Translations under genes and position numbers: made by a program
Shown here: in pieces, positions 16,544-24,985 of the stretch
Layout: each line of letters begins with the position of its first letter
Position numbering within the stretch: position 1 is the stretch's first letter
Notes under the pieces: model-generated
What the model saw: only the letters and a program-made list of their open reading frames with translations
What the model was told of the DNA's origin: nothing
The model's database searches: none
From: a virus
Lineage: Duplodnaviria > Caudoviricetes
Virus record (IMG/VR): IMGVR_UViG_3300048606_000130
Location: 1-53,630 of that record
Direction: 5' to 3' (one strand)
Length of the DNA stretch: 53,630 bases

Positions 16544-16824
16544 TGCCGAAGCCCCTCCCGGTCGAGCCTGACGAACAGGCCGTCCCCCTGACCGTCACCG
16601 GCACCTGCCGATCGGACCGAGTCCAGCTCGACGATCGCGGCTACGGCTTTCTCACCGGTGCCGACGGCGTGGAGTACTTCTTTCACCGCACGGCGGCGCC
16701 CGAGTGTTACGACGATCTCGATCACGGCGTGCCGGTGCGCTTCATTCCCACGATCGGGCCGCGCGGGCCCCGGGCGGAAGGCGTGCAGCTGCAGCGGACG
16801 GCCGCGACCGACTCTCCATTTTGA
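16540..16824 (+). CDS. Cold-shock-domain protein
   Basis: RGYGFL (RNP1), YFFHRT (RNP2), V.F....GPRGPRAEGV. Confidence 0.85.
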   Translation: MMPKPLPVEPDEQAVPLTVTGTCRSDRVQLDDRGYGFLTGADGVEYFFHRTAAPECYDDLDHGVPVRFIPTIGPRGPRAEGVQLQRTAATDSPF

Positions 16825-16852
16825 ATCCCCAGGTTATGAAAGGCGGCGCGCT

Positions 16853-17074
16853 GTGTTGAGACTCTTCATTCAGATCGGCGGCGATTCGCTCACGCTCGAC
16901 GGCGATGTCACGCTCGAGGCGGTGCTCCCCGTCATTCACGACTGGTACGCCGAACTCCCAAAGGCCGAGCAACGCCGGATCGATCAGCTGACCGCGCGGG
17001 TCGGCGCGTCGAATACGAAGCTGGCCGGCGACGTCGATGGCGCGTCGCACACGACACTGAACATCAGCAAATAA
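16853..17074 (+). CDS. Hypothetical protein
   Basis: ORF with a C-terminal heptad (RIDQLTARVGASNTKL). Confidence 0.5.
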   Translation: MLRLFIQIGGDSLTLDGDVTLEAVLPVIHDWYAELPKAEQRRIDQLTARVGASNTKLAGDVDGASHTTLNISK

Positions 17075-17167
17075 TTGTCGCTACTAGAACAATCCCGGCG
17101 CGTCGGCCGGGCGCTACGCTCGTTCGTTCACTCACATCCGTTCACCCAGTCCTGTAGGAGAGTGCCC

Positions 17168-17371
17168 ATGCTCGATCTCACTGCCCTCGAAGCCGAAGTC
17201 ACCCGCAACGAATCCGTCGACGGATCCGCGTCCACGTTGCTCAAGACCCTGTTCGATGAAGTCGAGGCCGCGAAGAGCGACCCGGCCGCCGTCCAGGCGA
17301 TCGTCGATCGCGTCCGCGCGTCGAACGACAGCCTCAGCGCCGCCGTCGCCGCGAATACGCCGGCCGCGTAG
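17168..17371 (+). CDS. Small coiled-coil protein
   Basis: MLDLTALEAEVTRNESV...LSAAVAANTPAA with an AGGAG RBS. Confidence 0.7.
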   Translation: MLDLTALEAEVTRNESVDGSASTLLKTLFDEVEAAKSDPAAVQAIVDRVRASNDSLSAAVAANTPAA

Positions 17372-17455
17372 CTCCCACGCCGACGGATGTCAGGGTGCGA
17401 CGGGCTCAGGGAGAGCGGTCGTAGACCGGGCGTCCGTCGTCGCCTCAGCCGTTCG

Positions 17456-17635
17456 CTACCCGTTCATCCGTCTCATGATTTCCTGATAGCAGTCGTCACA
17501 CACGATGGCCATGCCGGGCGCGTCGCCGCGGACGCCGAAATTCCGCACACTCTCCGCTTGCGGTTCCTCGTCGGGGCGTCCCTTCTCGAAGGTGCCGCCG
17601 CACTGTTCGCAGGTGTAGGTGTCGGGTTCGGGCAT
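17456..17635 (-). CDS. Small Zn-finger protein (not in the ORF track)
   Basis: MPEPDTYTCEQCGGTF...IVCDDCYQEIM. Confidence 0.6.
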   Translation of the reverse strand: MPEPDTYTCEQCGGTFEKGRPDEEPQAESVRNFGVRGDAPGMAIVCDDCYQEIMRRMNG

Positions 17636-17855
17636 CAGTGCGGCCCAGGCAAATCGCCGAGCGTCGCGGCTTCAATCCCCGACTTCCGCCCGGCCCGGAT
17701 GATGTCCTTCGCGAGCTCCAGGAGGCCGTAGGCGAACGCTTTGTTCTTCAGCGACGCGCCGGTCCCTTCCACGTTGACGAGGCCCTGATCGTCCTGGGTG
17801 ATGACGAGCTTCGCGATGATCTGGCTCATGGTTCCCTGTCTCCCGATGATCTGGC

Positions 17856-18224
17856 TCACTCGGCTTTCTCCCGGGTGTCACCCCAGCTGACGGGCGTCCA
17901 GCCGCATTTCACACACTGCCGACTGTCGATGAACTTGTGATCGCAGGGTGCCAGGTCTCCTTCGCGCACGATCCGGTTGGCCGGAAAGGGCGGCGGTGCC
18001 ACGGGCGTCGGTAATCCCTCGCCGACGTACTGGAATTTCCGCTCGAACGCCGCTCGCTCCAGCACGCAGTGCCGAACGGTCCCCGCCCACTCCGGCTCGA
18101 CGCGCAACGGAATGTAGACGACGAACTGCTCGCCCGTCGTGTGGTGGCGGCAGAGGCAATCGAACTCGTAGAGCTGCCCGACGCCGGTGCGGCCTTCGAT
18201 TTTGCGATAGACGCCGGTTCTCAT
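17856..18224 (-). CDS. DUF1653-like protein
   Basis: GVYR...LYE....RHHTTGEQFVVY.....F..KF pattern. Confidence 0.55.
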   Translation of the reverse strand: MRTGVYRKIEGRTGVGQLYEFDCLCRHHTTGEQFVVYIPLRVEPEWAGTVRHCVLERAAFERKFQYVGEGLPTPVAPPPFPANRIVREGDLAPCDHKFIDSRQCVKCGWTPVSWGDTREKAE

Positions 18225-18459
18225 TGTGGGCCGCCTTTCGGCTTCGCGTAATAGAGCGCGAGCTCGCGGCGCGTCTCCTCGGTAACCCGGACTTCGGCGT
18301 CGGGCTCCGCGGCGAAGAGGGTGGCCGCGCAGGTCCCGCAGATCTTCACGAGACCCGGCTTGACGTTTGGCCGATGCACGATCTGGGCGTCACACGCATC
18401 GCAGCGTGCGGCGACGTCGTCCGCGAAATTCCCGATAGTCGCGCAGACGAGGTATTGCA

Positions 18460-18726
18460 TCAGCGCTGCTCCAGATCCGTCCGCGGCCTCCGCCGCCAGC
18501 CTTGATACCCGAAGCAGCGCGCGCGACCCCTCGTCGGCGAGCGGTGCCACCCGAGGCGCCCGAACCCGAACGGCACATGCAGGTCGATGTGCGGATGCCG
18601 CAGGTCGACATGGATCCCGATCGACCAGTGCCACCACCCCAGAAAGTTGAAGAAGCATTCGAAGCGACGCTCGACGGGCGGGAGGTCGCGCTCGCGCGTC
18701 AGCCGTTCGTACGTCTGCAGCTTCAT
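18460..18726 (-). CDS. Hypothetical protein
   Basis: Coupled ORF in the early operon. Confidence 0.55.
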   Translation of the reverse strand: MKLQTYERLTRERDLPPVERRFECFFNFLGWWHWSIGIHVDLRHPHIDLHVPFGFGRLGWHRSPTRGRARCFGYQGWRRRPRTDLEQR

Positions 18727-19109
18727 CGGAGCGCCTCCCGATCGGTCCGCCGAATGCCTTTCAGCGCCAGCGCGGTCAGCTGCTTGCCGTCGATCTCGTA
18801 CTCGGCGACGTCCAGCGTGGCCCGGAGTAGTGTCGACAACCGCTCGATACGGTCGTGCATCTCGCGCACAAAGGCGAGTTCCTCGCTGCCGTCGGGCGAC
18901 GGGACAGAACCAGCCATGTCAGCTAGGGCGAAATGAAGGCGCTGGCTCGCTGTCGCACCGCGTTTGAGAGTGGTGTTCTCGGTCTTCAGTTCGTTGATGG
19001 CGATCTCTGAGTGCAGCACGCACGCGACAGCTTCCGACGGAAGAATCCCCCGGTCGGCGCAGATCCGGCACTTGCCTGGTTCGTGTGGAAATCGCACCTT
19101 CTTCGGCAT
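18723..19109 (-). CDS. Hypothetical protein (CxxC + coiled coil)
   Basis: Coupled ORF in the early operon. Confidence 0.6.
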   Translation of the reverse strand: MPKKVRFPHEPGKCRICADRGILPSEAVACVLHSEIAINELKTENTTLKRGATASQRLHFALADMAGSVPSPDGSEELAFVREMHDRIERLSTLLRATLDVAEYEIDGKQLTALALKGIRRTDREALR

Positions 19110-19639
19110 CAGAGCTGCTCCAGATCCTTCCGGCGAATCCGCCAGCCCCGATCCTTGATCGCCTTGAGCGTGCCGGACTCACACGCGCGCCGGAGATAGG
19201 CTTGCGTCAGCCCCGACACCGCGGACGCTTCCGGCAGGGTCAGGAACAGCGTCGGTGTCTGAGACGTCTCAGACATGACCTTGCTCATGAGCAGCGTCAG
19301 CGCGTGGAGTAGGTCGTCGCCCGAGGTCAGGTGAATCCGAGGTGACTCCAACTTGGATTCAACCTGCGTCACGGCGCCATGCCCGTTCCCGTTCGCCGAT
19401 CCGTTCGACGTCGGTACCACAAAGGGCGGCAACGGCCCTGGCTTCCGCTCTGACGCGAGTCGGGCGACGTCGTCAGGGTGATAGACCGCCAGCTGCGGGC
19501 CGCGGCCCTCGCGCTGCCAGCGGGCTTGCTGAATCTGGCCGGCCTGGACGAAGCGCTCGACGGTTTTTGTCGTCACGCCGATCGCGTCCGCGGCCTGCTG
19601 TTTGGTCAGCCAGGTCGAATAGTCGGCGGTCGACGTCAT
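19109..19639 (-). CDS. DNA-binding protein with two excisionase-like HTH domains
   Basis: WLTKQQAADAIGVTTKTVER at the N-terminus and FLTLPEASAVSGLTQAYLRR...GWRIRRKDL at the C-terminus. Confidence 0.8.
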   Translation of the reverse strand: MTSTADYSTWLTKQQAADAIGVTTKTVERFVQAGQIQQARWQREGRGPQLAVYHPDDVARLASERKPGPLPPFVVPTSNGSANGNGHGAVTQVESKLESPRIHLTSGDDLLHALTLLMSKVMSETSQTPTLFLTLPEASAVSGLTQAYLRRACESGTLKAIKDRGWRIRRKDLEQL

Positions 19640-19683
19640 GTCTGAGACTTCTCCGACGTCTGAGACGTTCCACGTGGCATCGG

Positions 19684-19884
19684 TCAGTTCTCCACGACGA
19701 GCGTCAGCCCGTAGAACTCGGCGACCGCGGCGAGGCAGTTCGTCCGCTCGGCGGCATTCAAGGCCTTCATCGCGGCGACCATTTTCATCACGGCCTCGAA
19801 GCGCTTCTCGTGCGCGGTCTCGCGGAGGCCCGAGACCGTCGCGGGCTTTTTCCCGAGACGGCTAGTCTGGTTTTTAGTCGCCAT
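19684..19884 (-). CDS. Hypothetical protein
   Basis: MATKNQTSRLG... overlaps the upstream stop. Confidence 0.55.
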   Translation of the reverse strand: MATKNQTSRLGKKPATVSGLRETAHEKRFEAVMKMVAAMKALNAAERTNCLAAVAEFYGLTLVVEN

Positions 19885-20675
19885 CAGTGCACCGCTTCCT
19901 CTCGCCGCCCGAACATCGGCACGCGGATCCCGTACGCACGCAGCGTCGACGGCTTCCCGTGCGCGACGATCGCGACTGAGCGCGCTGGCGAACTGGTGCC
20001 GCGGCAGAGCTGACAGCGTTCGCACGTCGTCGTGTGACCGGCTTCATCGCTCGCCGGACAGACGAACTCCAGCGGGACTGTGAGTTGAGATATATGAGTT
20101 GAGATAAGAGGGTCGGACTCGAGCCGCACCCGGAACGTCCGCCAGCCCGCCAGGTGCGCGACGATGAACTCGTGCTCGCTGTCGACGCTGGCCATCACGA
20201 TCGTCTTGAGCCGTGGGTCGCAGCTGCGCCACGCGTGCGTATAGCCGACCCAGCCCGCCGTCTTCACGAGGAGCGCGCGCCAGACTTCGAAGGGCACGGC
20301 CCCCGGATCCCCGTACGCGCCGAGGCGGACATGCCGCCCCTCGAGTAACGCGTGCAGGTCCATCCAGGTCGTCTCGAGGTAGTCGCCGGCGACGAAGCGT
20401 TTGTACACTTGGTAGGGCCCGAGCCACGGCGTCACGTAACATTTGCGATCGGCTCCGCCGCGGCCGCGCAGCGCGCAATTGCCGCAGATCGCGTCGTCGA
20501 GGTTCTCGCGCACCGCGTCGGAGGGGGCGAGGTCTGGGCGCAGAATCCACGCCTGCACCATCGGGCCCGTCTTCGCGTTATGCGAGCCGCCCTCAAGCCC
20601 CGTCACGATGCCGATGATCGGATCGCCGGTCAGCAGCGACGGCCCGCGATAGAAGATCGCCCCGGGTTCACTCAT
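19884..20675 (-). CDS. Cys-rich phage protein (Gp88/DUF7227-like, possibly Fe-S/radical-SAM-related)
   Basis: NAKTG, ICGNCALR...CYV, VRLGAYGDP, GYTH, ASVD, GWR, CPA...TCERCQLC. Confidence 0.65.
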   Translation of the reverse strand: MSEPGAIFYRGPSLLTGDPIIGIVTGLEGGSHNAKTGPMVQAWILRPDLAPSDAVRENLDDAICGNCALRGRGGADRKCYVTPWLGPYQVYKRFVAGDYLETTWMDLHALLEGRHVRLGAYGDPGAVPFEVWRALLVKTAGWVGYTHAWRSCDPRLKTIVMASVDSEHEFIVAHLAGWRTFRVRLESDPLISTHISQLTVPLEFVCPASDEAGHTTTCERCQLCRGTSSPARSVAIVAHGKPSTLRAYGIRVPMFGRREEAVH

Positions 20676-20965
20676 GTGTTGCCCAACGCCGCGATTGCCT
20701 TCTTGGCGGCTTCGACAGCCCGTTCGAACCGAGCGAGCGCCGCGAGTGCCTTGCCCTCGCTTGCGGGATTCATCCGCGACTCGTAGGTCGTGAAGACCGG
20801 GCAGTGCTGACACGCGCGCTGTCGACGAATCACGTCGCCCTGATCGACGCCGCGGCTGTTGACGACTTCCGTCTCGTGTCCGCGATCGCACAGGATCACG
20901 GCGCGGTGGGCGGCATACCCAGCCCGGCCTCGACTCCGCGGCGGGTTGCGCGAGTCTTTACTCAT
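20672..20965 (-). CDS. NrdR-like zinc-ribbon protein
   Basis: TEVVNSR....IRRQRACQHC..FTTYE matches the NrdR N-terminal ribbon. Confidence 0.75.
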   Translation of the reverse strand: MSKDSRNPPRSRGRAGYAAHRAVILCDRGHETEVVNSRGVDQGDVIRRQRACQHCPVFTTYESRMNPASEGKALAALARFERAVEAAKKAIAALGNT

Positions 20966-21388
20966 GGCTCGGCAGCATCCAGCTGTCCCCGGCTTTGGTC
21001 ACGAGTTTCTTCAGATGGAGTCGCCGCAACGCGAGCGTGCAGGCCTCCGCCCGTTGCCCATTCGTCCACTCGGCCTCTTCCGGGATCGCGTGGACCACGG
21101 CGAGAAAGCTCGCCGGCCCGTCCTCCAGGAACGCGAGAATCGCGCGATCGCGGGCCTCGACGAGCTCGACGGCTGAGCGAGTCGGCACCGGCAGCACGAT
21201 AGGTTTAATTGACCCAGACACCGGTGCGTCTCTCGAGAGCGCCTGGCTGCCGACAGGTTTAATCGGCCCAGACGGCGGCGCCGACGTTTGGTAGCAGGCG
21301 CGCGAGCAGAACCGACCGGACACGCCGCCGCGTCGAGTGAACCGCGTGCCGCACCGTTCACAGGTCGAGTCGGCTTCTGCCGGGTCAA
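20958..21388 (-). pseudogene. Zn-finger + winged-helix protein, apparently frameshifted near its 5' end
   Basis: TTG start at 21388 with a GAAGGAGG RBS is out of frame with TCERC...FCSRAC. The track ORF starts at 21323, in the middle of the finger. Confidence 0.45.
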
Positions 21389-21890
21389 GGCGCCTCCTTC
21401 GGCCGACGGCCGGCCAGGCTAATCAATCGATTCGAGGTACTGCCGGTCGCGACGACGGCGCCGCTCGTCACCAACGGTTTGAGGTGGTAGCGCATCGCCG
21501 CGAGATTCTCGAACCCCGCCCGCTTCATCAACTCCCCCGGCGACTGCGGGCTCTTCGCGCGGAGGATGTCGAGAATCGCCTGATCATGAACCCCACCCTT
21601 CTTAGGGAGGCTCCGAGGCGTCAGGGAGGCTCCGCGACGGCCTGACTTTTGCTCCGTCCGTCCGTTCGTTCGTTCGTTCGTTCCGTTTTCAGCGCTCTCG
21701 TTGATCGACGTCCGGCTTTAGCCGGACCGCGCGTGGCCGAAGCGCGGCGCCGCGGCGCGTGCCCGTTCGAGCTGGCCGGCGCGTCATCGTCTGGGATCGC
21801 AAAGTTCTTTTCGATCACGTCGATTGCCTGCGTCAGGGCGTCGCGCTTGGCTCGAAGATCCGCGAGGAGATGGGGCCATTCGTTCTTCAT
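21385..21890 (-). pseudogene. Coiled-coil + winged-HTH protein split by a frameshift at a tetranucleotide repeat
   Basis: MKNEWPHLL... stops at 21621. The wHTH-like HDQAILDILRAKSPQSPGELMKRAG...LISLAG lies in the -1 frame down to 21385. Confidence 0.55.
21653..21682. repeat. Tetranucleotide microsatellite (TCCG)3 / (CGTT)5
   Basis: Read directly from the sequence. Confidence 0.9.
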
Positions 21891-23821
21891 GAGAACAATT
21901 CCTCCGCCGCCTTGAGCATCGAACTGCCCTGCGGAATCGCGTAGTTGTAGGCCACGAGCTTCGCGAACGCCGCCGACGTCGAGCCGCTCGAGGCGTACTT
22001 CGCTTGCTCGATCACCTGGCCCTTCGCGATGGCCTCGGGATACGCCGCGCAGATCTTCGCCAGTAGCGCCTTCTCCATCGTGCTCAACTTGTCGCCGGCC
22101 AGGAGCCACTCACGGAGCGCGTCGCCGACAGGTAAGGGGTCGAAGTCGCCAAGCGTGTTGCTGCCGGCGGACGTGAGCGTGAGCCGATTGCCGGCCGCCG
22201 TAACCCACTGCTCGCGCACCAGGTCCGCGAACGCCGCCGACGTCGAGCCGCTCGACCGATAGCCGGTGTGGACGAGGATTTGCGCTTTCGTGAGGCCGTC
22301 TGGGTGCTGCGCCAAGGCGATGAGCATCGCGCGCTGCATCGTCGACAGCTGGCCGTTGCCGTCGGCTCGCGCCCGTGATTCGCGCATGGGTTTCGGTGGA
22401 CGCGGTGGACGGTCACTCTCGACTTTGAACGGCTCGCGTCGCTGGACCTGCACGGTCAGGTCGATCGTCTCGGCGAGTAGCGCGACGATCTCCGTCTCGG
22501 CGTGCTTCGCCGCGAGCTTGAACCCTTCGACGCGTGTGGCTAGTGCCGTCACGCGTCTCTCGATCGGGGCGGTGACCTGCTTGACGGCCGCGGCGACCGC
22601 CTGCTCGAGCGCCTTCCGGTCCTCGTCGGTCTCCACCGGAAAGTCGATCGCCTTCACCTTCACGAGAATCTTCATGGCGGCCTCGAGCGCGCGCCGGTGC
22701 CGCGCGAGTTGTTGTTGGAGTTTCGCGATTGTCCCGGCGCGGGCCGCGTCGCGCTTCGTGGCGCCGACCTTGGCCAGCTTCTCGTCGATCCGTTTGGTCC
22801 GGACGTCGACCTCCGCCAGTACGGCCTCTCTCTTCGCGAGCTCGCGCTTGACCTCGGCGAGCTGCTTGCGGAGCTCGCGTGGATCGTCGGCTTTCGCCTT
22901 CTCGATCGTGGCCGCCATCTGGCGCTGCAGGGCCTTGAGGTCGACGTCGGCGGGTTTCTTCGGCTCGACGTGCTTCTCGCCGGACTTGGGCGTGGCGCCG
23001 GAGTCGAATGTGTCGATCGGCAGGACGTGCACCCGCTTGAAGATGCCGTCCGTCGTCGGCCAGCCCGGCGACCAGAACCACGCGTCCCCGATCGGCAGCG
23101 AGGGCAACGATTCCATGAGCGTCTTCTTCTGCTCGAGCGTGCCGTGGACGTCAATCCACGCATTCATCGCCGCGAGGTCCTGCGGCGCGATCGTGCGCAA
23201 GGCCACGAGCATCTGGGCCTGGGTGAGGACGTTCTTGTTGAGCACGGCTGATCGCTGCGTGACTAACACGCACCCAATCCCGCGCTGGCCGCCGCGGCGC
23301 ACGATGTCTTCCGCAGCGCCGAGCATCCGCTCCTCGCCCTTCTGCGGCTTCTGGGGCGCGATGGCGTCCGCCTCGTCGATGACCAGCATCATCGGCGTCC
23401 GGTAGATCTCGCGGGCCTTCAGCCGGTAGAGGTTCTCGAGGAACGCGGTCATGAACGTCGCGACCTCGTGTTTGCGAAAGAGCGACACGTCGAGCAGGAC
23501 GCTCACTCGTTCTTCGACCACCAGCTTCGCGACGACCTCGCCGCCGCTTGGCTCGAGCGGCACATCGCCCCGTTCGCCGCCGAGAATCACAATGGCGAGG
23601 CCTGGCCCCTTGCCATCGGCCGCGGAGCGCACGCCCCACTGATCGCCCTTTGGGTCGACGATGACAACCTGCTGGCCCGCGCGGAACAATTGCTCGACGA
23701 GCCGGCGCATGGTGTAGCTCTTGCCGGCGCGGCGTTTGGCCAGAATGGCAATCGTTTGAGTGACCGCCTCGAGGGGGAGGCTCAAGCCCTTCGCGATGCG
23801 TAGGAGGGTGCGCGTCGTCAT
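21887..23821 (-). CDS. HerA/FtsK-superfamily (DUF87) ATPase with coiled coil and tandem C-terminal winged helices
   Basis: AKRRAGKS Walker A, VDPKG, VIDEAD Walker B, RRGGQRGIG and VTQRSA. Two repeats of LSTMxxAxL...Y.SSGSTSAAFA.L. Confidence 0.88.
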   Translation of the reverse strand: MTTRTLLRIAKGLSLPLEAVTQTIAILAKRRAGKSYTMRRLVEQLFRAGQQVVIVDPKGDQWGVRSAADGKGPGLAIVILGGERGDVPLEPSGGEVVAKLVVEERVSVLLDVSLFRKHEVATFMTAFLENLYRLKAREIYRTPMMLVIDEADAIAPQKPQKGEERMLGAAEDIVRRGGQRGIGCVLVTQRSAVLNKNVLTQAQMLVALRTIAPQDLAAMNAWIDVHGTLEQKKTLMESLPSLPIGDAWFWSPGWPTTDGIFKRVHVLPIDTFDSGATPKSGEKHVEPKKPADVDLKALQRQMAATIEKAKADDPRELRKQLAEVKRELAKREAVLAEVDVRTKRIDEKLAKVGATKRDAARAGTIAKLQQQLARHRRALEAAMKILVKVKAIDFPVETDEDRKALEQAVAAAVKQVTAPIERRVTALATRVEGFKLAAKHAETEIVALLAETIDLTVQVQRREPFKVESDRPPRPPKPMRESRARADGNGQLSTMQRAMLIALAQHPDGLTKAQILVHTGYRSSGSTSAAFADLVREQWVTAAGNRLTLTSAGSNTLGDFDPLPVGDALREWLLAGDKLSTMEKALLAKICAAYPEAIAKGQVIEQAKYASSGSTSAAFAKLVAYNYAIPQGSSMLKAAEELFS

Positions 23822-24717
23822 CGCGCCGGCCATTCCCGCACGCGGAGATCTGCGGGCCACTCGGTGAGGTCCCCGCCCTTACGGCGCCGCCCGCTCAGAT
23901 CCGTCGTGCCCCCGAGAAACACGCCGTCCTTGTCGGTGATGTAGATCGGGTAGTGGTGGGACCCGAGCTGCTTGACGAAGCACGCCACGCCGGTCGCCTT
24001 ACACTGCGCGATGATCGCGCGACACCAGTCATGCGCGAACGGCCGGGCGCCGTGCCCGCTTTCCCCGCCGACGATCACCCAATCGAGGCCCTCACGCAGA
24101 TAGCCGTACTCGTACGGCCCGTAGCCTTCCCATGCGAGTTCCAGCGGGCCGAGTAACGGCTCCGCGCTGATGAACCGCACCGCGGCCGGCGTCTGCAGCA
24201 GCAACGGGATCCGTTCGTTCGCGAAGTGCTGGTTCTCGACGCTGACCCCGAGCCAGACATTCGGCAACGGCCACACCGGGAACCTGATTTCGAATTCAGC
24301 CAGGCCGATCGGCGGATGGGTCTGGGCACCGGCTATGAACCCAGCGCGGTTATCACTCGCCAGGTACGCGCGCATCCGCTCCGCCCGCTTCGTGAGCACC
24401 TGAAACGTATGCTGCGGCGCGAGCGCCATCACGGCGAACACGCGATCGATGTATTCATCCGGTACGCCATCCTGAAAGAGATCGCTCATCGAGTTCACGA
24501 ACACCCGCCGGGGCTTCTTCCACGACAGCGGCGCCGCGAGCTGCTCGGGCACCAGGCGGAGATCGAAGCCTTGTTCGTAGGGATGGCCCTTCACGCCGCG
24601 AAACCGTTCCGCGAACGTCTCGGCGTAACAGTGCGCGCAGCCGGGGCTGACCTTCACGCAGCCGCGGACCGGGTTCCATGTGGCGTCCGTCCATTCGATC
24701 GCCGAGTGATCAGCCAT
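23818..24717 (-). CDS. Phage Gp37/Gp68 (DUF5131) protein
   Basis: IEWTDATWNPVRGCVKVSPGCAHCYA, FVNSMSDLF, LTKR, SAEPLLG, WVIVGGESG and FVKQLG. Confidence 0.95.
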   Translation of the reverse strand: MADHSAIEWTDATWNPVRGCVKVSPGCAHCYAETFAERFRGVKGHPYEQGFDLRLVPEQLAAPLSWKKPRRVFVNSMSDLFQDGVPDEYIDRVFAVMALAPQHTFQVLTKRAERMRAYLASDNRAGFIAGAQTHPPIGLAEFEIRFPVWPLPNVWLGVSVENQHFANERIPLLLQTPAAVRFISAEPLLGPLELAWEGYGPYEYGYLREGLDWVIVGGESGHGARPFAHDWCRAIIAQCKATGVACFVKQLGSHHYPIYITDKDGVFLGGTTDLSGRRRKGGDLTEWPADLRVREWPAR

Positions 24718-24985
24718 CAGTGCCCTGCTTGCCTGTCGGCATGTTCTCATTCCGCGGGTCCACGAGCGCTGCGGTCAGCGCGTCGCGCAACCACATGGCA
24801 TCCGCGCGGGAGAGCTTGACCTCGGTCTCGAACTCGTAGGGCATCCCGACGGACAACGTGAGCCGCAACCCCTCATCGCCATATCCAATCCGGCTGACCT
24901 GACAGTGCAGACCACACAGGTCGAGGTCCCGCATCGGCGTGCCCAGGAGTTCGCGTTCAAGTTTCTGAAGCGGGTGTTCAGCCAT
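24710..24985 (-). CDS. Hypothetical protein flanked by junction repeats
   Basis: MAEHPLQKLERELLG... Confidence 0.6.
   Translation of the reverse strand: MAEHPLQKLERELLGTPMRDLDLCGLHCQVSRIGYGDEGLRLTLSVGMPYEFETEVKLSRADAMWLRDALTAALVDPRNENMPTGKQGTDG

Noticed and set aside
17814-17858. 15-bp direct repeat CGATGATCTGGCTCA
   Set aside because: A small duplication of a gene start (MSQII twice) with no further copies noticed; probably a local junction duplication.
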